DNA from: Diplonema japonicum
Lineage: Eukaryota; Protista; Euglenozoa: Diplonemea
Assembly (NCBI GenBank): GCA_964019335.1
Contig: OZ025662.1
Location: forward strand, 248,001 to 312,000
Direction: 5' to 3'
DNA: 64,000 bases
Part shown: positions 43,201 through 52,065 of the stretch, in pieces
How the letters are laid out: every line of letters starts with the position of its first letter
How positions within the stretch are numbered: the stretch's first letter is position 1
Notes under the pieces: model-generated
Databases searched by the model: none
The model's input: only the letters and a program-made list of their open reading frames with translations
What the model was told of the DNA's origin: nothing
Position numbers and translations under genes: made by a program

Positions 43201-45573
43201 ACTGAAGACGTCTTGGACACTTCATTGATGTCACGGTCACCGATTTCAGAAAGACTCCCTGTGCCACTCAGCGGCTCATCTTCGTTGTTACGCAACCCGA
43301 TGCATAAGTCAGGCACCCGAACCGTGTGCACCCAAGCCAACAAGAAGGACATGAAACCCGTGCTGCGGCACATTCACAGCTCGTACGAAAAAATGTTGAT
43401 GCACAACGAAGATGTGCTGTGCTCACGTAAACCGTCCGTCGGTTTCACAGAAGCAGAGCTCAGCGCGCACTTAGAACAGAAGAGAATAGAAATCACTGCA
43501 GCTTTGGAGCAGGTCTATGAGACGCAGGTCATGGCTTTGCGTGAAGAAGTCGCGAGCATGGAACTGAAGCAAAGCGTCGAGGAGTCACGGTTCAGCGCCG
43601 AGGTGAGCAGCTTGCGAGCAAATCTGAGCACCGCCACAGCCGCGCTTGTGGATTGCAAGGCGTCCTGCGACGACCAAAATATCGAAATCAATGCACTCGC
43701 CGCTGCCAACATGAAGGCTAACGAAGAAATCGACTCGATGTCCACAGAGATCTTCTCCCTGCAGACAAGGCTCAACAGTGTTACACATGACTTCGAAAAG
43801 CTGGCTAACGACAAGGGCCTCAAGATGCGACTTCTGCAAACACAGCAACGCGACACTGAATCAGGCATGAGAAGACTACAGATCGATGCTGACCAGAGGA
43901 TAGCAGCCACCCAACGCCTCGCCCGAAAGCAAGTGGAAGCAGAAATTTCGAAGAACCAAAAGCAAGAAGCCTTGATCCTCAGGCTCAAGGAGTCGAAAGA
44001 AGAGGCAGTCAAAGCGATTCGCCAAGAGTATGAAGGCATCGTCGAGGCAACGAAACGAAACTGCGAAAAGGACAACAGGAAGAACCTAGCGGAGATCAAG
44101 CTCCTGCTTGCAAAACAAGAGAAGAGCCTAACGAAAGAGCTGCAAGATATGAAACTGAGCGCACGCGGCGCCAAGACTGCAGCAAAGTCTCTGGAGGATG
44201 AGTTAGAAGCGTTGCAAAAGGAGCTGGCAAGGTGCCAAAGGAAACTCGCTGCAGAAAAAGAACGCAATGCAGCCACCGTTGAAAACACGGAGAAGGAGAC
44301 AGAGGAACATGCTAATGCATTGGCCAAGATGAGGCTGGAAATGAAGCTGTTGGAGGAGAAGGAGAACCTGGCGAACATATCTCACGAGAGGACGAAACAG
44401 ACAACAGCACGGCAACAGGAAGAACTACACAACCAGCTCAGCACTGCAAAGGAAGAACGCGGCGCACTTGAAGCAAAGGTTGCGGCACTAATGAAAGAAG
44501 CGTCGGAAATAAACCACGGGAAGGAGGAGTTCATGGAAAAACTGAAACAAAAGAACAAGCAAGACAACATCATGTCGCACAAGCTGCTTGCGGCAACATC
44601 GAAGGAGCGGCAAGAACTCTTCGAGAAAGCACAGGACCAGGTCAAGTTATTAGACAGAACCTGCTCAGAACTGCGAGCCCAGCTCAAAGCAGAACGCGAC
44701 GCACGCAACACGCAAGGAGGAGAAGATGGATTCTGGGGAAGAAAAGGCCGGCAGGTAGCTGCCAGATACATGCAAATCCATAAAAAACTGTTCGACCTCC
44801 TAATGGAAGTGAAGACGCTGTACAATGTGGTTGTCATCATGGAAGAGCCGATGGAAGCAGGGTGGGCTACGGCACATCTTAACGGCTGTGATCCCCTGAC
44901 AGGAGATGCTTTGGAAAAGGCACTCACAATTCTGAACGAAACCATGAACTTCGATGAAGGGATGCTGTGCACCTTCCACGCGAGTGTGAGCGAGCAGGCG
45001 AAATCGATGATCAGGAAGCGGCGATTCTTCGAGGTCTTGAACGCTTTGAAAGAAGAAGAGAAAAAGAAGGGCGAGGAAGAGGAGGAGGCAGCGTCACCTG
45101 ACAAAATGAGCCCGAACGGACGGCCGCTGCTTCCGATGAAAGCCATGCAACTGGAAATGGGTAACACTCCGAATAAACCGAAGAAGGCAAACCGACCCCT
45201 CACAGCCATGAAACAATGGCCGTTCACCGAAGAACAAGCCCCATCGTTGCGCCCCACGACCGCAGGCGGCATTTTCCCTGCTGAGCTGATACTAGGAATC
45301 CCTGTGAGTAATAATACAGGGGCGGGAACTGCGGCGAAGCGGCCGAGACCGAAGGCAAAACCACCACGTGCAACGTCGCCACTTACCAGGAATGCCTTTG
45401 CTGCCCCTCCACGCAGGGCAAACACCCCCAACCCCGCCGACCAGTTGATGATCGCCTGTGATACCCTTGACAGCCCCAGCGCCCCGGTCTTCCCCCAGCG
45501 TTACACTCCGGTCAACATGGCCCTTGGTAGCACTCCTTATGGCGTGCGGTCTATCCCCTCATTGCGTTCATGA
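40294..45573 (+). CDS. Large coiled-coil hypothetical protein (1759 aa)
   Basis: Uninterrupted ORF with long heptad regions and an (EK)n tract near 42570-42640. Confidence 0.8.
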   Translation: MNISQDVEGAQTSIIEFLKKDLDRLKTLRSAGGAGPVATKKFQSNVKKIRQALFNEEGLEGIEGEVALQESTCRTSTTKRHAAPIVVLDEPVSTMMSTGREKWKVAKKKVSPLVLAFRSPRHRSLHEEDEDEEERSEVHLPTNTLAPQDLRSRNIVTPPPVSPADKRHLVATAESCHKQRAAFELKIHELHSVIEHFKELERTDLLGDIKLLKAENRFFRKERIELYRKLYGRFLKGMGVVTPLWDEDEESAAAAQGFEQKTLEMKDELQKEKERARKAERQFRDQLDGLDAVCRSWQMRHTKLLKCIKSLEQNSMLAFDFDAPKPTRNVVSDNYQATIASMEDQFARQISICEQENEHLKSQVDKARRTINGHDVVDLEAVAKHTSQHLLQEEQAAWESLNMFMSHEREVVSYDTRISTLLDDKFEALNQLNSARVDPFSHAHVSADFTEEKMGDIVQESGMKISLDSVFSDSLEELLTNASRGFCESVGTILDKVKMLSPYLAKDEAQDIFDNVATTASKAVPSFIKHLQQGLSSVLATEEKLAPVLKNVKAPPRTSFCASSLRADQVLQVADCAVEDEAERPQAQRNKGPANPGQPAFRNTQGFGQTQQATPPATFAREEIHPRPRTKSELSHFGSAMVSEFMNSLSNSDAEAPPDLNMDMHIEVPDTLNFRDGSDYERVDLFDTQHSPKSKQRSNSITEVVQASPHSQGSQGHPLLGRRVSIQDTDVEKYDDTFNLVDTPMDIQVTIGDHKREEKDKEKEGEREKEKEKEKEKEKDKEKKPSKAVVHKNKINSRMKMALPAIRKLSSMRMRPVSPHSVKPKKSEVLKVVRHVGVQVDDLVLQRLIGGMATGQNPQAQVATPKYQGRQRSRSEPSVAATISRPLSGSNRPQSASGGKNAMERLRAFHHVAKGDTEWLALRRKICTMLVDSIDKIATQTRPVRASASPSVAVHPMLSSSSVFVASPFTEDVLDTSLMSRSPISERLPVPLSGSSSLLRNPMHKSGTRTVCTQANKKDMKPVLRHIHSSYEKMLMHNEDVLCSRKPSVGFTEAELSAHLEQKRIEITAALEQVYETQVMALREEVASMELKQSVEESRFSAEVSSLRANLSTATAALVDCKASCDDQNIEINALAAANMKANEEIDSMSTEIFSLQTRLNSVTHDFEKLANDKGLKMRLLQTQQRDTESGMRRLQIDADQRIAATQRLARKQVEAEISKNQKQEALILRLKESKEEAVKAIRQEYEGIVEATKRNCEKDNRKNLAEIKLLLAKQEKSLTKELQDMKLSARGAKTAAKSLEDELEALQKELARCQRKLAAEKERNAATVENTEKETEEHANALAKMRLEMKLLEEKENLANISHERTKQTTARQQEELHNQLSTAKEERGALEAKVAALMKEASEINHGKEEFMEKLKQKNKQDNIMSHKLLAATSKERQELFEKAQDQVKLLDRTCSELRAQLKAERDARNTQGGEDGFWGRKGRQVAARYMQIHKKLFDLLMEVKTLYNVVVIMEEPMEAGWATAHLNGCDPLTGDALEKALTILNETMNFDEGMLCTFHASVSEQAKSMIRKRRFFEVLNALKEEEKKKGEEEEEAASPDKMSPNGRPLLPMKAMQLEMGNTPNKPKKANRPLTAMKQWPFTEEQAPSLRPTTAGGIFPAELILGIPVSNNTGAGTAAKRPRPKAKPPRATSPLTRNAFAAPPRRANTPNPADQLMIACDTLDSPSAPVFPQRYTPVNMALGSTPYGVRSIPSLRS

Positions 45574-45871
45574 TTTGGATTATCGGTGTGTATTCTCATG
45601 CACACCCCCTCTCTCCCCCCCCCTCCCCCCCCCCCCCCCCCCCCCCCCCAATCACTCGAGAGACCGTTCAGAACGATTTTCTGATGCAACCCTAGACTAG
45701 AAAGTCGCCCCCATTCACTTATGTTCTTATTTTGTTATGTCACCCCCCCTTCCTTTCTTTTTTCCAGTTACACTTATTATTACCATCCGAACACCATTTC
45801 ATCTTTTTTTTTTTCTGTCCTTGAAAATTGAAGAAACCCCCCCCCCCCCCCCCCCAACCTATTCCAGAGCC

Positions 45872-47218
45872 ATGGGGTGTGTCCCGACAAAGCAGGGGGA
45901 AGAAGGCACGGTGGGCTTCGGCAAAGCAAGGGTCCGGAGAGGTTTGGTGAAGATTGAACGAACGGAGTACTATAAGGCAATGCTCGTGAGGGAAGGGGGA
46001 AAGCGTGCAAAGGAGAGATGGGAGCGAGACTTGGAAGCAACGCTGAAATGGGGCAGTGATGTGAGGGTGCTGTACCCAGAGTTTCGACCGATGTATCCTA
46101 CTCTCGGCGGGAGTAAGGTGGACGAGAAGTACTTTCAAATGACAGAAAAGAAGGCGGAAGATGCTGGCTTCCTGTTGGCCGTGATTGCACATAAACACCC
46201 AATGCTCGAGCGCTTGCCTATTCTGACCCCTATTGTATGCATTCTGGTGACTCACCTTCGCCTACCAGAGGCGTATGAAGCCACCGACACGCTTCTCTTG
46301 TACCAAGAAAATAAGAGGTACACAGTGCCCCCGCAAAACGAGATAGAGAAATATCTCACGAAGATTGTTAAAAACAAGGTGGGTAAGGATCCAGCTGAGT
46401 ACCCGCTCGAAGCACTTGTACAGTCTTTTGAGAAGCTGTACTGTGACGCAGTGGATTACGAAACGTGCATGAGGCTCTTTGACACAATGGTGCTTGAAGG
46501 GGTGAAGGTTTTGTATAGGATGAGCCTTGTGTTGACATGCAGCAAGAAAAGTGCCGAAGGAGAGGATCTGATCGCAGCTATGTTTGACATACAGTTGTCA
46601 CGGGATGAGCTGCACCCCTCTGACCCAGATAAACTCCCTTATGAGAAGCCTGACGTCGTCTTGTCGGGCACCGTACGTCACCGCCCGCGACTTGATGCAC
46701 CTAGCAGAGTCCTGACCAATCCACAGGAGTGGGAACATATCTATTCATGGATTCCTAATAGTTTTATAAAAAACAGGCTTGGCAAGCGGTACGACATGAA
46801 TGAGTCGGGAACTTCTTTGACAGCCTTGCGTGCAGCTTGTGGGTCAACGCAGGACCCTTCCGTCGTCCTGATTCGCCTCACAGGTGTCACTTCGTCCCAG
46901 GTGTACATCATGGGTTACTTTCTGTCTCACGGACTGTCCCTTTCCAGCGACCCTCTGACAAATGTGTACTCCTTTCCTTTCACGTTCACCCCTTTGCCCT
47001 CTACATTGAACCCAGCACCGCCGCATACTTTTATTTCCCACTCTGCGCTGACACCCAATTCCTTGGTCCTAGGGCTCCTCGCAGGCTCGTCACTCCTCCA
47101 CTTCTCAAACGGAAGCTTGGAGAGAGTCACGTCCGACCCTGGCGAGGTCGGGCTCCCCCCGTTGAACGACAGGAAGTTCATGGTCGCTGATTTCGAGGTA
47201 TTCGCCTTCTCTGAATGA
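45872..47218 (+). CDS. TBC + TLDc domain protein (TBC1D24-like), N-terminal MGC acylation signal
   Basis: MRLFDTMVLEGVKVLYRMSL (TBC); WEHIYSWIP..YDMNESGTSL..FMVADFEVFAF (TLDc). Confidence 0.75.
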   Translation: MGCVPTKQGEEGTVGFGKARVRRGLVKIERTEYYKAMLVREGGKRAKERWERDLEATLKWGSDVRVLYPEFRPMYPTLGGSKVDEKYFQMTEKKAEDAGFLLAVIAHKHPMLERLPILTPIVCILVTHLRLPEAYEATDTLLLYQENKRYTVPPQNEIEKYLTKIVKNKVGKDPAEYPLEALVQSFEKLYCDAVDYETCMRLFDTMVLEGVKVLYRMSLVLTCSKKSAEGEDLIAAMFDIQLSRDELHPSDPDKLPYEKPDVVLSGTVRHRPRLDAPSRVLTNPQEWEHIYSWIPNSFIKNRLGKRYDMNESGTSLTALRAACGSTQDPSVVLIRLTGVTSSQVYIMGYFLSHGLSLSSDPLTNVYSFPFTFTPLPSTLNPAPPHTFISHSALTPNSLVLGLLAGSSLLHFSNGSLERVTSDPGEVGLPPLNDRKFMVADFEVFAFSE

Positions 47219-47349
47219 ATGGTTTGGTTCCCTGCTTCTTTTTATATTTATGTTCTAACCAGTTTAAGTTTGTTGTTTGTTTTCCCCTGATTACTGTTTG
47301 AACAGGTTTCTGCCCGAAGAAAATAAGCAACACACTCGTCACAAAGAGC

Positions 47350-48801
47350 ATGTCGCGAATGAGCAAGATGTGTGTGGGTCTCCTCCTTGCAGCGGGGTAC
47401 AGCGCGGGGCAGCAGGCGTGCAACGGGATGGACTGCCAGGCTGTGGAGCAGCCTCTGCAGCTGGGGATCCAGAAGTGCACGAAAGCCGGGGGGTGCCAGA
47501 AGGACGGGGAGACGTACATCACGATGGACGCGAACTGGCGGTGGCTGCAGCACGAGGACACCTACACGAACTGCTGGGACCAGTACAAGATGTGGGTGAA
47601 CCCGGACTGCTCGTCTGCGGCGGACCAGCAGAAGTGCGCGCAGAACTGCATGCTTGAGGGGGTGGACTACGGGAAGTACGGAGTGACGAGCGACGGGACC
47701 TCGATGACGATGAAGTTCAAGGGCCCTGACGGGAACATCGGGTCGCGGCTGTACATGTTGGAGCAGAAGGCGGAGGCGAAGGCGAGGGGGGCGAGCAAGG
47801 CGGACCCGTCGTCGTGGGAGTACAAGACCTTCAACCTCCTGAACAAGGAGTTCAGCTTCACGGTGGAGGCGCCGAAGCTGAGCTGCGGGATCAACGGGCC
47901 GATCTACTTCGTGGAGATGAACAAGGACGGGGACATGGACGGGACCTACAACTCGGCGGGCCCGCTGTACGGAACAGGGTACTGCGACGCGCAGTGTCCG
48001 GGGGACATGCACTTCGTGAAGGGGAGGGCGAACATCCCGATCCAGAACGCGCAGGGGGGCGGGGCGGACTCGGCGTGGCACGCGTGCTGCAACGAGATCG
48101 ACCTGTGGGAGGCGAACAACGTGTCGACGGCGGTGACCCCTCACCCGTGCGAGGCGAACGGGACCGACGTGACGGGGACGTACGCCTGCCCGAACGGGGC
48201 GGACAAGTGCAGGGAGACCTGCGACCACGCGGGCTGCGACTTCGCCTCCTACAGGCTGCAGTACTACAGCGGCGGGATGAACGGGGCGAAGGTGAACTTC
48301 TACGGGAACGGGTTGAAGGTGGACGCGTCGAAGCCGGTGACGGTGGTGACGCAGTTCGTGACGGACGACGGGACCGACACGGGGAAGCTGAAGGAGATGC
48401 GCAGGGTGTACGTGCAGGACGGGAAGGTGATCCAGAACATGAACGCGACGGTGGCAGGGAACACCCACGACTCCATCACCGACGGCTTCTGCAAGGACCA
48501 GGCCAACACCTTCGACGACAAGGTTCAGCACTTCGCCGCGAAGGGAGGGATGGCCAAGATGGGGGACTCCTTCACCCGCGGGATGGTCCTCGTCTTCTCC
48601 CTCTGGGACGACAAGGAGGCCCACATGCTGTGGCTGGACGGGAAGTACCCCCAGAACGCCAGCGACTCCACCCCGGGTGCCGTCCGAGGAACCTGCGGCC
48701 CCAACGAAGGACCCCCCATGCAGCCAGAGCAGAACTACGCCGACGTCACCACCTCTTACGGAAACTTGAAGTACGGTGAGATCGGTTCCACCTTCCCGTG
48801 A
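47350..48801 (+). CDS. Glycoside hydrolase family 7 cellulase, secreted, no CBM
   Basis: Signal peptide followed by Gln; MDANWRW, CAQNC.LEG.DY, GSRLY, YGTGYCDAQC, catalytic EIDLWE, TPHPC, GMVLVFSLWDD, MLWLD, RGTC. Confidence 0.95.
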   Translation: MSRMSKMCVGLLLAAGYSAGQQACNGMDCQAVEQPLQLGIQKCTKAGGCQKDGETYITMDANWRWLQHEDTYTNCWDQYKMWVNPDCSSAADQQKCAQNCMLEGVDYGKYGVTSDGTSMTMKFKGPDGNIGSRLYMLEQKAEAKARGASKADPSSWEYKTFNLLNKEFSFTVEAPKLSCGINGPIYFVEMNKDGDMDGTYNSAGPLYGTGYCDAQCPGDMHFVKGRANIPIQNAQGGGADSAWHACCNEIDLWEANNVSTAVTPHPCEANGTDVTGTYACPNGADKCRETCDHAGCDFASYRLQYYSGGMNGAKVNFYGNGLKVDASKPVTVVTQFVTDDGTDTGKLKEMRRVYVQDGKVIQNMNATVAGNTHDSITDGFCKDQANTFDDKVQHFAAKGGMAKMGDSFTRGMVLVFSLWDDKEAHMLWLDGKYPQNASDSTPGAVRGTCGPNEGPPMQPEQNYADVTTSYGNLKYGEIGSTFP

Positions 48802-49307
48802 AACAACAAAAAAAAGAGAAAACAAATAAAAAAAAAGAAGTTTGACATTGTTTAGCTTAGTTTATTCTTCGTTCTTCTTCTAAAATTGTTCGATTATTTG
48901 ATCGCAATTTCTTCAACGTCACCCCCCCCCCCTTTTTTTGTTTCTGTTTCTTTCAACGAAGGGTTGCTCCCAAACCTCTACTTTCTTTCAGAGAGTTTTG
49001 AGACGATGAATAAATATGATAAAAAAAGAAAAGAAAAAGAGAGCATCCTCTGCCACCCCCCTTTTTTTGTTTATGTTCACCCAACAAAAAAAAAAAAGGG
49101 CAACAAGGCGTCTCGTGAAACAACAACCAATCTGAGACAACTGTTGCTCTTTCTAACCATGTTTTTTTTCTTTCTTTCCCTCCCTCTCTTGTTATTTGTT
49201 TTGTTTTTGTTTTGCTTGTACCTTGTGGATCCCATCGCTGGCACAGCACTCAATATTCTTTCTTTGAACGGCCTCTTTTGAAACACCTTACAAAAGGGAG
49301 AAATAAA

Positions 49308-50327
49308 ATGCACTGGACGGTTGTGCTTTGGGGTGCGTTCATGATGGTGGGGGTGGGAGGGGAATCTTTCGATCCGTTGATGATCCCTGTGTTAGAGAGG
49401 TTGGAGGTGAAGGACATGGAGTGTCCTAAGTCATGTTCTGCGGAAGACGTGATGGCGGCATGTATGATATTGAATGGCATGAATGGCAGGGCAGCTCCGA
49501 AGCAAGGAGGATGCGTTGAAGCTGGTGGAAATGTCGAACAGTTTAGCTGCGGGTGCAACGACGACCCAAGCGCGGGTTTTGTGGGGTTTAGACGAGATAT
49601 CAATGGAACCTGCGCGCACACAGGGGGCCACTTCACACCCTCACCCCCTTTCAACCCACAAGGAGCCGTCTGCACTGCACAGACAGGGTCCTGCAAACGG
49701 ATAGCAAAAGAATCCTGCGGAGATGCCTTCCCGATCTTCTGTGCTGCACAAGGGGGTTTCAATTATGTTTGCAGCAACAACATCGCTACATGTGATCTGT
49801 GTGTAGGCGGCGCTCTGACCGTAAACATTTCATCCAGTGAACCTTCGTGTCAGAAATTCAACTGGCACATTGGTTGCAGCGATAACACGGATTACCAAGG
49901 CTGCAACGGCCACGGGTGCTGCATCCCTGGAGGCGGCTGCCAGTGTTTCTCAGGGGAGCGTCGTGGGTACTGGACGGGATACACCTGCTCTCAATGCGAC
50001 AGCGGTTGGAAAGGTGAAAACTGCACCAATTCTAGGCTGTCGCTGACGCTTATCTTCGGAGGCGAGCCCTCTGCTCGCCCTGCCGTCATCCCCTTCCTCT
50101 CCATCATTTGGATTTACATGTGCTTCGCAGGGTGCCGTAAGAAATGGTCCCACGATCAGCCCTACTCTGCCGAGCAGATAAAAAGACTCTCCCAGTTCTC
50201 ACTCAGCACAGAGGCAAAGCTCATATCGCTTAGAGACTACAGTGAGAAGGGCCCGCTCTACATACCCCCCCGGAACACTCTTTCTAAAGGACTGAAAAAC
50301 AGGCAGGCGACTCGTGCACAAGAATAG
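49308..50327 (+). CDS. Cys-rich EGF/laminin-like type I membrane protein
   Basis: Signal peptide, CNGHGCC..CQC..GYWTG..CSQCDSGWKGENC, TM helix, basic tail. Confidence 0.7.
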   Translation: MHWTVVLWGAFMMVGVGGESFDPLMIPVLERLEVKDMECPKSCSAEDVMAACMILNGMNGRAAPKQGGCVEAGGNVEQFSCGCNDDPSAGFVGFRRDINGTCAHTGGHFTPSPPFNPQGAVCTAQTGSCKRIAKESCGDAFPIFCAAQGGFNYVCSNNIATCDLCVGGALTVNISSSEPSCQKFNWHIGCSDNTDYQGCNGHGCCIPGGGCQCFSGERRGYWTGYTCSQCDSGWKGENCTNSRLSLTLIFGGEPSARPAVIPFLSIIWIYMCFAGCRKKWSHDQPYSAEQIKRLSQFSLSTEAKLISLRDYSEKGPLYIPPRNTLSKGLKNRQATRAQE

Positions 50328-50417
50328 ACCCCCCCACAAAATTTCTGTTTTGTTATTTTCCCGTCTGTCCCCTTTTCCTTTTCCTTTTTCTCTATTCGAA
50401 CTACCACTGTTCTAGGA

Positions 50418-51968
50418 ATGGGTACACATAGCGCTTGGGTGGAAAGGATGTCTGAATGGATCGGCCCGCAAGCATCGTACCCCAAAGGGCTGAACTCGGA
50501 TGGTCTCTCTGCTTCTATGGAGAGACTGCAGCGCCGCATCGAAGAAGGCACCGCACAGCTTGACGAAACAGGGCCGGAGATGGGGCCTGTCTCGGCAATG
50601 CCCCCTGCTATCCAGAAAGAGTTTCAGATGCTGATGCAGCAGCTCAAGGAGGACTTGTCGAAGGAGCTGATACGAAAGCTTGAAAGCGTCGCGAGTCAAG
50701 ACAGAAAACAACAAGACGGTCTTGCGCAAGACGTCTTCGCCGAGGTAGAAGAGGAGCGGAAAAAGATCAACGAGCTCGAGGAGGCACTGCTCTTCGGGAA
50801 GCCTATCAAAAAGAAGAAAAAGAAGAAGCAGGCGAAGCCATCCAAACCCCTCACGCTGCAAGAGCAGAACGTGTTGCTCCCCATTCTTGACGAGATCGAG
50901 AAGACTCTGTTGTCAGTCGGACCAGGCGAGGAGGCAGGTCCCAGCCGTGGTGTGGGTGGCCCGTTGCCCACACCAAAGCCGCCATCTCTTCCACCCCAGC
51001 ACACGTTTCTACAGCCTGCGGGTGCTATGCATTCTTCAATTCCACCGCCGCCGCCGCCGCCGCCGCCGATGGGTTATGGAGTTCATCAGCATCACCACCA
51101 CCACCACCATCACCATCACCAACAACGTGAACAATCCTACCAGCATTACCCAGCAGATGCTCGAAACTACGCCAGATCCATCGATCAACAAAAATCTGCT
51201 TTCAACAGCAACATGGAACGCGAAGACAGCTGCCGGTCCTCCTCACTTGCGTCCTATGGACCCCGGGGGATGGAGGTCGGGGGACCTGCTCCCTCCATTC
51301 CCGACACGAACACGACGGCAACTTCGCGAAGCAGCGCCTTGCGCCGTCAGGTGGTGGAACCCAACGTGAACAGAGGTCTTTCGAACCAATGCGATTATCC
51401 AATCATGGATCAGAGGGGACTCATGGATTCCAAAGATATGTACAGCCATGGGCCAATGGACCCTAGGGATGTGTACAACCATGGGCCGATGGACCCTAGA
51501 GATATGTACAGCCGTGGGCCGATGGACTCTAGAGATATGTATAGCCATGGGCCGATGGACTCCAGAAACTTCCCTGACCCCAAGGGATATCCTGTTTCTG
51601 CAAGCTCCAGGGACCCGGGTACCATGAACCCCTCAGGACATAGGTACAGCAAGCCTCAATATGGTCAGCCACCCCCCGAACCACCCAGGCCATCTTTCAG
51701 GAACGCTACGAGAAGTGGGAGTGATAACTACTCAATGGTGCCGCCGCCTCCTCCTCCAGGGCCGCCACCGCCTCTGCCGCAGCCGCCTTTTGAAAGTTAC
51801 TACCAGTCCGGCCTTGCATATGACTCGCGAGGTATGTTGTTTGTGCAGTCCCTTCACACTGCCACAGGCCAGAATGATGACAGATACGGCAGCAACTGGG
51901 AGGTGGAGGAGACCGAGCTTACGTATGCACTCTTAGAAATACATAACAACACCTACAGGATTTATTAA
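50418..51968 (+). CDS. Pro/His-rich low-complexity protein
   Basis: Coiled-coil N-terminus, poly-P, poly-H and an internal repeat. Confidence 0.7.
   Translation: MGTHSAWVERMSEWIGPQASYPKGLNSDGLSASMERLQRRIEEGTAQLDETGPEMGPVSAMPPAIQKEFQMLMQQLKEDLSKELIRKLESVASQDRKQQDGLAQDVFAEVEEERKKINELEEALLFGKPIKKKKKKKQAKPSKPLTLQEQNVLLPILDEIEKTLLSVGPGEEAGPSRGVGGPLPTPKPPSLPPQHTFLQPAGAMHSSIPPPPPPPPPMGYGVHQHHHHHHHHHHQQREQSYQHYPADARNYARSIDQQKSAFNSNMEREDSCRSSSLASYGPRGMEVGGPAPSIPDTNTTATSRSSALRRQVVEPNVNRGLSNQCDYPIMDQRGLMDSKDMYSHGPMDPRDVYNHGPMDPRDMYSRGPMDSRDMYSHGPMDSRNFPDPKGYPVSASSRDPGTMNPSGHRYSKPQYGQPPPEPPRPSFRNATRSGSDNYSMVPPPPPPGPPPPLPQPPFESYYQSGLAYDSRGMLFVQSLHTATGQNDDRYGSNWEVEETELTYALLEIHNNTYRIY
51423..51566 (+). repeat. 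33-bp coding tandem repeat, ~4 copies (MDSRDMYSHGP)
   Basis: atggaYYcYaRRgatRtgtaYaRccRtgggcc repeated. Confidence 0.85.
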
Positions 51969-52065
51969 GTAGATCATTAGATGTATTATTGTCAACTGGA
52001 CTTTCCTTTGTTTATTAGTAAATCGATCCGAAACAAATGCAACACTTGATCTCCCTCGGCAGGCT

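Noticed and set aside
47248-48825. 525-aa antisense ORF over GH7 (and other long minus-strand ORFs such as 3550-4458 and 44382-45431)
   Set aside because: Shadow frames produced by codon bias of the + strand genes; no protein motifs.
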